Shown: positions 54,178-64,000 of the stretch, piece after piece
How the letters are laid out: each line of letters opens with the position of its first letter
How positions within the stretch are numbered: position 1 is the first letter of the stretch
NCBI RefSeq assembly: GCF_009914755.1
Contig: NC_060936.1
Length of the DNA stretch: 64,000 nt
Source: the human T2T-CHM13v2.0 reference genome, Homo sapiens
Direction: 5' to 3' (one strand)
Made by a program: the position numbers and the translations under genes
Notes under the pieces: generated by a model
Seen by the model: the letters and a program-made list of their open reading frames with translations, nothing else
Database searches by the model: none
What the model was told of the DNA's origin: nothing

Positions 54178-54545
54178 CACGTACACACACACACGTGCGC
54201 ACATACACACACACACACACACTCTCTCTCTCTCTCGCTATTGGTTCTGTTTCTCTGGAGACCCTTGACTAACACATGAGCCTAAACCATAACCCCTTCC
54301 ACAGAGAATCCTTGCTCTCTTCTCTCATCTACTTACTGAATGGATGGAGAGGATGCTATGAACCTAGGGAAAGGTGGGGCCACAAAATGGTAGGCATCTG
54401 GGGTCCCTGAATAAAGCATAAGAAGAGAGCTGCCTAGTCTACCTTCATTGTACTGCAACATGAATGAGAAATAAACACTTATTGTGCTGATCCACTCAGA
54501 GTATGCGGTTTATGTATTATGGCAGCTAGTGGTATTTACTGTAGC
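53567..54545 (+). mobile_element. MLT1 (I/J/K-type) LTR split by MLT2
   Basis: 'gaccatattagttagttctggacaatggaatataagc', 'ctggggtccctgaat', 'atgaatgagaaataaac'. Confidence 0.55.
53752..54276 (+). mobile_element. MLT2 (ERVL) solo LTR with internal (CT)n(CA)n
   Basis: 'caaacattattct', 'gtagattgccctct', 'catgagccaattccttataataaatctc', 'ctattggttctgtttctctggag...actaacaca'; TSD tgggc/tgagc. Confidence 0.88.
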
Positions 54546-55063
54546 ATTTATTACATGCTAGATTTTTATGAAATTGAAGGGTAATTCACTCAAGTCAAAA
54601 TGTAACTAAAAATTAACTGTTTCAGTGGAATGAATACCTCTTTGCTTGTGAATTTTCAAAATTAAAAGAGAAAAGTCTGAGTCATGAACTGATAGTAGAG
54701 GGGTGCTTTACCATGACCAGTGTTCTGGCTCACATGAAGCCATGGAGTCTAGCCCAAGTAGCTGAATTCAGTGGCAATGTTCAGATCTGACTCATCCAGT
54801 CTGGCTCTTCTTAAGAGACAAAGAACAAATACTGTCTGTTGGCGGGTACTTCCAAAATAATTAGCAAGCACCAGCATACTTTTATTATTTTTTTCTGGCT
54901 ATACAAACGCCCATAACTAGTATATCAAACTTCATGACTGTGAAAAAATAAAAGAACTTGTGAAAAGTAAGAAACATTTTGCCAGGAAGCAATTTCATTA
55001 ATAGAGAAGTAGAATTGTATACTAGGAGGAACATGGGCTTTGAAAGTAGGCTGTCATAGGTTT

Positions 55064-56345
55064 AATTCATTCATCACTATTAATTAATTCATCAATTAAA
55101 CAAGTGTGTACTGAGAACCTACTAAATTGAACCATAAAGATGCTGATACTCAACTTTATTTGAACTACAAAAATAATGGTTTTGTATGATTCAGTCTAAT
55201 ACATAACAGCCACTGTTGTATGTGCTGGGCCTTCAGTAAGAATAAAACAAAGTTCCTGTTCTCATGGAGATTACCTTTTAGTGGTGAGAGATCAAAAGAA
55301 AACAAGTCAAATGTATAGTATGTGCAGTAATAATACAGGCAATTAAGAAAAATATAGAAGGTAAGGAAGATGGGTGTGTTGTGAGGGGAGGAATTTGCTA
55401 TTTTGTGGTAGTCAGGAAAGCATCTTTGATAAAGCCATGTTTGAGTAGAGAACTGTAGGAAGTGCAGAAATAAGCCATTTGGCTACCTGGGAGAAGAGCA
55501 TTCTAGGCAGAGGAAATAGCAGGTGCGAAGTCCCTGATGCATGACTATGCTTGGTATGTTCAAGAATAGCAATGCCAGTGTGGCTGGAGCAAAGTGGGCA
55601 AAAGAGAGAGTAGTAAGGGATGAGATCAGCAAGGCATAGGACTACCTCATGTAAACCTTGCCTTACTTTTATAGGGCTTCTGGTTTTCACTGATTTAAGA
55701 GTTGAAAAACCTTGGAGGGTTTGGGGGAGAGATGTGACATGTGTTTTCAAAAGACTACTCTGGCTACTCTTGTGCGAATAGACTGTAGGGAAGAGAAGGT
55801 CGAAGCAGGCCAATTAAAAGGCTATTATTCCCCTAATCCAGGCAGGAAAAGACCATGGCTTGGTCTAAAACATTAGGTATGCAGCTAGTGAGAAGTGGTT
55901 AGCTTTTGTTCTATGAACGTAGAACTAACAAGATTTACTGATGTATCGGATGTGCCATATCAAAAAAAAGAGGTGCTAAAAATGTTCTGAGCAAGTGAAA
56001 AGGATGGAGTTTTCATTAACTGACATGGGGAAACCTGAACAAGGAAGAGGTTTTATGGCTGTGAGAATTTAGAGTTTCGTTTTAGACATTTAAAGGGTGA
56101 AATGCCTACTAGACATTCAAATGGAGATGTCAAATAGTCAAGTAGGCAGCTGAATACAACAGCTGCAGAGAGACTCAGGTTAGGAATATAAACTTTGGAG
56201 TCATCAGCATGAATAAGACAATAAACTATTGAGGTTAATTGAGAAAAAAAGAAAAGAAATAGCGGAGACAAGAACTAAGCCTGGAGCATTCTGACGTTTA
56301 GGGGTCAAAGAAAAGAGAATAAAAGGAAGCAGCTGGGGATGTCAG
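55064..56345 (-). mobile_element. L2 LINE (L2a-like)
   Basis: 'gagaagagcattctaggcagagg', 'gccagtgtggctggagc', 'taatccaggc', 'tttggagtcatcagcat'. Confidence 0.75.
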
Positions 56346-57789
56346 AAGAGATGTTTAGAATGCAAGTCTTCATTCTTATGAGACCTCTCCAGGTTTCAGT
56401 TTCCATAAGTGAAAAATACAGAAAATAATTCCTAGGTCAGAGGATTTCCAAAGGCTGAAAAGAAGTAACATGGGAAAGCATACATAAGATCTAGAATGTG
56501 CTTAATAAATGTTATTCCTGACTCTTGGTGAAATTCTGGGTAGATGCCAGATTTCTCATGCTTCCTTCTATTTTTTGGCTCCTCAATCAGGTCCTCAAAT
56601 ATGAACCCTATAGTCCAACAGTGTTGGCTATGGAAGTAAGAGCCTCATTATTCTTCAGTTATTAGTTATACATTTTTCAGTCATAGAGCTCACTGTTATC
56701 AGATATTCATCTTTACTGTTTGTTCTCTTCCTGTGTTTTGTGAGGAGTCAGGTTTAAAGGAGAGTGGTCACTAATGTGAAGCTGGGAAAATGGAGGGAGG
56801 ATGATTTCTTTATCACCTGGCAGGAGTGTATCCTTACTTCAACATTTAACTGCTCACCAAATAATTTAATTTCAGAGGATTTGTTTCAGTGCTATGGAAG
56901 AACTATCTGTATATAAATAGCTGGGTTAAGTAGATCTTTCACTGCAGCTGTTAAAACCTATTGTTGTAGCTAGACACCTTGTAGTGATTCAAGATCATCT
57001 GTCTTTGAAGAAAGTCTATGCTTTCTTTTATGCACATGTAGTTTCTTTTAGTTCTGAAAATAAAATAAGCTTTACTTAGGAAGACTAAAGAAAATGTTTA
57101 CTGAATAAACCAGGGGTAGCTGAAATAATACCCTGCCACAATCTCCTGCTTTTATTTCATTTATCTGCTTTCAACATTTACCACTGAATACTTATTGAAA
57201 GAATAAAGGAAAAACTAAATGAATGGATGAATTAATATCTGAATGGCTTTTTTTTGCTTTTCCTTAACAAGACTCCTCCTAAATAATCCTAAATAAGTTC
57301 TGGGTTACCCTGAGGATTATCTTTTACAACAAGAATCATGAAGTAGGAATACTTTTTCATAAAGAAGAGATAAATCCCAGAGTAACACCGAAACTTACCT
57401 AGTAAAGTAGTAAACAATCTGTAGGGAATCTCAGGGGATCATCTGATCCTAGTATCAGGCTCAAGCAGATTCTTTTTCAAGTTCTTATCCCTCCTCCTCT
57501 TCCCCACCCCAACCCAGTTGGATTTAAATTGTGTATATTAGAGCCTCTTTGTAAGGAAGAATTGGGCAGCAGTGCAGAGAGAAGGAAGAGTTGGGTGCTT
57601 TACCCTACTGCTAGCACTTGGGTGCTCAAAGTAGAGAAACAAGAAAAACAGGCTACTGGTAAGATGGACAATAAAATGAGCTGCATTGGGTGAACTGTGA
57701 CCTAGATTATAACAGTGCTTTACAAATAATATTCCAAATTATAAGTCCCTAAAATTATCCAAATCTAGATTTTAACAATCCCGAAAGCC

Positions 57790-58160
57790 ATTCATTTTAG
57801 AAAGATTTTATTTTCCTGTATCCTTCCCTCCATTTCTACTCCTGCCACCTTAGTCCAAACCAGTGTTTTTTTTCTTGCCAGGACAATGACAAAAGCTTTT
57901 CAACCAGTCTCTTCATTGCTTCTGTTGCTCTTCTGTAATCCATTCTCCATGTAGCACTTGGAATAATCCGACTAAAATGTAAATCAAATCAAATCATTTC
58001 TCTACTTACAATCTTTCAATGGCTCCCTATAGTACTTGGAACAACGTCCAAGCTCCTCCCTGTGGTCTTTAAGGTTTTTTGTGATCCGGCCCCTCCCTGC
58101 CCCTCTAACATCATATTGAGTCATTCTCTCCTTCACTATTCTCCAGCTACATTGACATCC
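57790..58160 (+). mobile_element. L2 fragment
   Basis: 'ctgccaccttagtccaaacc', 'aatccattctcca', 'ttcaatggctccc'. Confidence 0.6.
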
Positions 58161-58221
58161 TTTTACATGTATGGTGCTTGTGTATGTTTGTACATATCTA
58201 TATAGTGTATATACATATAAC

Positions 58222-58770
58222 TATTTTTTATTAGGATATAATTGGCATACAATAAACTAAACACACTTAAAGTGTATAACTTAAAGTTTTCAGATTTAGA
58301 TATATGCATGAAAATATAACCACAATCAACAAAATTGGCATATCTATCATCCAAAAATTTCCTTTTACCCTTTTGTAATTTCTCACTCATGTCCCTCATT
58401 ATCTTCTCATCCACCAGGCAACAAACAATATGCTTTCTGTCACTATAGGTAAGTTTAGCTTTTCTAGAATTTTATCTAAATGAAATTATACAGTATATAC
58501 TTTTTTGTCTAGCTGCCTTTACTCAGCATAGTTATTTTGATATTTATCCATGTTGTTTATATTAATAGTTCATTCCTTTTTATTGCCAAATAGTGTTCCA
58601 TTGTATGGATATAGCATAATTTATTTATCCATTCACCTACTGATGAACATTTGGTTTGCTGCCAGGTTTTGTCTATTAGAAATAAAGCTACTATGGACAT
58701 TTGTATAAAACTCATTCTATCGCCATTTGTTTTCATTTCTCTTCAAAAAATATCTAGGTATAAATGACCG
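58222..58770 (-). mobile_element. L1MB/L1ME 3' fragment
   Basis: 'ttactcagcatag', 'tagttcattcctttttattgc', 'ttccattgtatggatat', 'tttatccattcacc'. Confidence 0.75.
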
Positions 58771-58775
58771 AGTCT

Positions 58776-61700
58776 AGAGAAGGTGAAGCAAAATGACTGA
58801 ATAGAACTTTCCAGCAATTGTTGCCCCTGCAGAATACCAAATTGAATAACCATCCACATAAGAAAACACCTTCATAAGAACCAAAAACCAGGTGAGTGAT
58901 CATAGTACCTGGTTTTAACATCATACCAATGAAAGAAGCACTGAAAGAGTATGAAAGATGTTGGCGCCACCCCTCCCTCATCCCCTGGCAGTGACTGTGT
59001 GGCATGGAGAGAGAATCTGTGTGCTTGGGGGAGGAAGAGAGCAGTAATTGTGGGACTTTGCACTGAAATTCAGTGCTGTGCTGTCATAACAGGGACTAAC
59101 ACAGGGCAGAACTCAGCTGGCACCCAAAGAGTGAGCATTTAGACCAGCCTTAGCCAGAGGGGAATCACCTAGCAGTATTGTCAGAATTCTGACAAGCCCA
59201 AAAACAAGCTAAAGCGCTCTGGAGTTCTAAATAAACTTGAAAGATGGTCTAGGCCACAAGAATTGCAATTTGTGGGCAAGTTCTGATGCTGTTCTAGGCT
59301 CAGAGTCAGTGAATTTGGGGTGCATACAACCTAGTGAGATGCCAACCACAGGGGCAAGGGAATGTTTGTGCCACCCCTCAGCCAACTCCAGGCAGCACAG
59401 CTTGCAGCTCCAGGATTCACACCTTCCTTCTGCTTGAGAAGAAGAGAGGGGAGAGGAGGACTTCGTTTTTCAACTTGGATACCAGCTAAGCCACAGTAGG
59501 ACAGGGCACCAGGGAGAGTCTGACAGCCCTCATTCCAGGTCCTGGTTCCTGGACAAAATTTCTAAATATATCCTGAGCCAGAAGATAACCTGCTTCCTTG
59601 AAGGGAAGGACCCAGTCCTGGCAGAATTCATCACCTGCCAGCTAAATAGCCCTTGGGCCTTGAATGAACATGAGCAATACCCAGGCAGTACTTGTCATAG
59701 GCCTTGGGTAAGACCCAGGGCCACACTGGCTTTATGTGTGACTGAGTGCATTCCCAGCAGCTGTGGCCTTGAGGAGAGAATCCTGTTTGAGGAAAGGAGA
59801 GGGAAGAGTAAAGGGGACTTTGCCTTGTAGTTTGGGTATCAGCTTAGCCACAGTGGAGTAGAACATCAAGCAGTTTCCAAGGGTCCCCAGTTCCAGGCCT
59901 TGGTTCTTAGATGGCATTTCTGGATCCATCCTGGGCCAGAGTGAAGACTACTGTTCCGAAGGGAGAGATCCAGGCCTGGCAGCATTCACCACAAGCTGAC
60001 TGAAGAGTCCTTGGGCCTGGAGCAAACATCAGCAGTAACCAGGCAATCCTCACTGTGAGCCTAGAACAGTGGTGGCCACAGCGAGAGACTTCTTCTGCAT
60101 AGAGGAAAGAGTGGGAAGAATGTTGTCTTGTGGTTTGGGTGCCAGCTCAGCCACAGTAGAATAGAGTACCAAGTAGATTCTTACGTTTCCTAACTCTAGA
60201 CCTGGGCTCCTAAATGGCATTTCTTGTCCCACTCTGGGCCAGGGGGGAGCTCACCACCCTGAAGGGAAGGGCATAAACCTGGCTACATTTGCTGCCTGCT
60301 GACTGAAGAGCCTTTGAGTCTTGAGTGAGCATCGGTGGTAGCCAGGCAGTGGACACCTCAGGACATTGACAAGACCCAGTGTTATGCTGGCTTCAGGTCT
60401 GACACAGTACAGTCCCAGTGATGGTGACCATAGGGGTGCTTGTGTCACCCCCTCTGACAGCTCCAGGGAGCCCAGCATGCAGAGAGAGACTCCATTTGTT
60501 TGGAGGAAAGCGAGAGAAGAGAACAAATCTCTGCCTAGTAATCTAAGGAATTCCCCTGGATCTCACCTAAGACCAGGAAGGTGGTATTTCTACAAGTCTG
60601 TAAGAGTCCCAGTGTTACTGAGCATGGAGTGCCCCCTAATGCAGATATTGCAACAGTGACTAAAGATTTAGATCATAACACTTGAATACTTGGAAAGCCT
60701 TCCCAAGAAGGATGGGTACAAATAAGCTCAGACTGCAAAGACTACAATAAATACCTAACTCTTCAATGCACAAAAATAAATGAACACCCACAAGCATTAA
60801 GACCATTCAGGAAAACATGACCTCACAAGACAAACTAAATAAGGCACCAGTGACCAATCCTGAGTAAGAGATATGTGACCTTTCAGAGAATTCAAAATAC
60901 CTGTTTTTAGGAAGCTTAACAAAATTTAAGATAACACAGAGAAGGAATTCAGAATCTTATCAGATAAATTTTTAACAAAGATATTGAAATAATTTTTAAA
61001 AATCAAGCAGAAATTCTGGAGCTGAAAAATTCAATTGATGTACAAAGAATGCAGCAGCATCTTGCAATAGCAGAGTTGATCAAACAGAAGAAAGAATTAC
61101 TGAGCTTGAAGACAGGCTATTTGAAAACACAGAGTCATAGAAGACAAAAGAAAAAAGAATAAGAAAGAAGGAAGAATGCCCATAAGATGTAGAAAATAGC
61201 TTCAAAATAGCAAATCTAAAAGTTCTTAATCTTTAAGAGGAGGTAAAGAGAGAGATCAGGGTTGAAAGTTTATTCAAAGGGATAGTAAAAGAAAATTTTC
61301 CAAATCTAAATAAAGAAATCAACTTACAAGAACAAGAAGGTTCTATAACACCAAGCAAATTTAACCCAAAGAAGACTACTTTAAGTCTTTTAATAATCAA
61401 ACTCCCAAAGGTCAAGTATAAAGAAAGAAACTTAAGAGTAGCAAGAGAAAAGAAACACATAGCATACAAAAGAACTTCAATATGTCTGGCAGCAGAATTC
61501 TCAGTGGAAGCCTTCCAGGCCAGGAGAGAGCGGCATGATATATTTAAAAGGATGACTGAAAATGCTTTTATCCTAGAATAACATAGGTGAAAATATCCTT
61601 CAAACATGAAGGAGAAATAAAGATCTTCCCAGGCAAACAAAAGGTGAAAGATTTAACCAACATCATATCTGTCCTACAAGAAATGCTAAGGAGAGTTCTT

Positions 61701-64000
61701 CAATCTGAAAGAAAATAATGTTAATGAGCAATAAGAAAACATCTGAACATACAAAACTCACTGGTCATAATAAATAAACAGACAAACACGTAATATTAGA
61801 ACACTGTAACTGTGGTGTTTAAAGCACCCATATCTTGAGTAGGAAGACTAAAAGATGAACCAATCAAAAATAATAATGGGGTGATAAAGTTAAAGTGTAT
61901 AGAGTTATTAGTTTTCTCTTTGCTTGTTTGTTAATTTGTTTTTGCAGTCAGGGTTAAGTTGTCATCAGTTTAATGTAATGGGTTATAAGATGTTATTTGC
62001 AAGCCTCCTGATAACCTCAAATCATAAAAAACCCTACAACAGGTATAAAAATAACAAGAAATTAAGATATACCTCCTGAGAAAACCACCTTCACTAAATA
62101 GACAAAGGGAGGAAGAAAGGAAGAGAAGACCACAAAACAACCAGAAAACAAATAACAAAATGGTGGTAGTAAGTCCTTACTTATCAATACCACTGAATGT
62201 AAATGGACTGAACTTTCCAATCAAAAGACATAGAGTGGCTGAATGGATGAAAAAGCAAGACCCATTGATCCGCTACAAGAAAAACATTTCACCTATAAAA
62301 ACATTTCACCTATAAAAACTCATCGAGACTGAAAATGAAAAGATATAAAAGATATTTCATGCAAATGAAAGCCAAAAAAAGGGCAGGAGTAGCTGTGCTC
62401 ATATGAGACAAAATAAGTTTCAAGATAAAAACTACAAAAAGTGATAAAAGGGTTATTATATAACAATAAAGGTGTCAATTCAGTAAGAGAATATAACAAT
62501 TGTAAATATATATGCTCCCAACACTGGAGGATCAGATATGTAAAGCAAATATTATCAGAGCTAAAGAGAGAGACAGATCCCAATACAATAACAGCTGGAG
62601 GCATCGATGCCTCACTTTCAACATTGGACAGATCATCCAGACAGAAAAATCAACAAAGAAATATCATAGTTAATCTATACTATAGAACAAATGGACATCA
62701 TAGATATGTACAAAACATTTCATCCAATGGCTGCAGAATACACATTCTTCTCCTCAGCACGTGGATCATTCTCAAGTATAGATGATATGTTAGGTCACAA
62801 AAGAAGTCTTAAAGAATTAAAAAATATTGAAATCATATCAAGTCTCTTCTCTGACCACAATGGAATGAAACTAGAAATCAATAACAAGAAGAATGTTAGA
62901 AACTATACAAACACATGGAAATTAAACAATATGCTTCTGAATGACCAGTGAATTAATAAAGACATTAAAATAAAATTTTCAAAAATTATTGAAACAAATG
63001 AAAATGGAAACACAACATATCAAAATCTATGGGTTATAGTAAAAGCAGTACTAGAGAAAAGTTTCTAGCAATAAGTTCCTACATCAAAAAAGTAGAAAAA
63101 CTTTATATAAACTACTTAATTATGCATTTTAAAGAACTAGAAAAGCTGAAAAGCTAGAACAAAACAAACACAAAATTACTAGAAGAAAGCAATAATAAAG
63201 ATTAGAGCAGAAATATAACAGAAACAGAAAAGAATAATACAAAACGTCAATGAAATGAAAAGTTGGTTTTTTGAAAAGATAAACAAAAATGAAAACTTTT
63301 AGCCAGACTAAGAAAAAAACTAAAAAGGCCTAAATACAATCAGAGGTGAAAAAGGAGATACTACAACTGATACTCCAGAAATTCAAATGATCGTTAGAGA
63401 ATTCTATGAGCAACTCTATGCCAATAAATTGAAAAATCTAGAAGAAATGGATAAATGATTATACATAGACAACCTACCAAGATTGAAGGCTGAAGAAATC
63501 CAAAACCTGAATAGACTAGTAACAAGTAATTAGATCAAAGCCATACTAAAAAGTCTCCCAGAAAAAAAAAAAAAAAAGGCGTGGACCTGATGGCTTCACT
63601 GCTAAATTCTACCAAATATTTGCAGAAGAACTAATACCAATCCTACTCAAACAATTCTGAAAAATAAGGGGACTACCTCTAAACTCATTCTATGAAGCCA
63701 GTATTATGCTGATATCATAAACAAAGACACATCACAAAAAGAAAACTACAGGCCATTATCCCTGATGAACATTGATGCCATTGATACAAAAATCCTCAAC
63801 AAAATAAGAGCAGTCCAAATTCAGCAACACATTAAAAAGGTCATTAATCATGACCAGGTTGGATTTATCCCTGGAATGCAAGGATGGTTTAACATACACA
63901 AATCAATTAATGTGATATATCATATCAACAGAATAAAGGGAAAAAAACATAAAATCACTTCAATAGATGCTGAAAAAGCATTTGATAAAATTCAATATTC
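58776..64000 (+). mobile_element. Old 5'-intact L1 (L1M1/L1MA-type): ~2-kb 5'UTR with tandem repeats, decayed ORF1 (about 60817-61725), spacer, decayed ORF2 from 62160; runs off the window
   Basis: ORF2 peptides MDIIDMYKTFHPMAAEYTFFSSARGSFS and NIYAPN-like EN motif; 'ggatttatccctggaatgcaaggatggtt'; many stops and frameshifts. Confidence 0.88.

Noticed and set aside
53820-54279. 151-aa and 61-aa ORFs with CV/ER/HT runs
   Set aside because: Translations of MLT2 LTR microsatellites.
54678-54795. Two AP-1 heptamers about 110 bp apart
   Set aside because: 7-mers occur several times across the window; not distinguishable from chance without chromatin data.
62281-62319. 17-bp tandem duplication in old L1 ORF2
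   Set aside because: Ordinary slippage in a dead element.

Overview
AT-rich, repeat-dense primate (human or great-ape) genomic DNA, lying entirely inside the ANKS1B (AIDA-1/EB-1) gene on the minus strand. Two coding exons are present: 590 nt at 19514-20103 and 73 nt at 17581-17653. Together they encode the linker just upstream of the SAM domains. The rest is intron filled with transposon relics: a full-length inactive L1PA6-like element with a 16-bp TSD and a short 3' transduction, a 5'-inverted L1 split by a THE1D LTR, an older L1M1/L1MA element running off the right edge, Alus, MaLR/ERVL LTRs, L2, MIR and hAT/Tigger MITEs. Almost all other entries in the ORF track are repeat-derived or chance. 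I see no clearly new multi-gene system. The best leads are: (i) the antisense L1 240 bp after the 73-nt exon, in a 'gene-breaking' geometry at the ANK / SAM-PTB boundary; (ii) a 663-nt phase-symmetric exon pair that would give a stop-free circular ORF; (iii) a LIR-like WEEI motif split across the splice junction; and (iv) several local template-switch or fold-back scars, most strikingly an inverted copy of an MLT2 end with a palindromic junction. Repeat subfamily names and reference-protein comparisons are from memory, and old-repeat boundaries are approximate.
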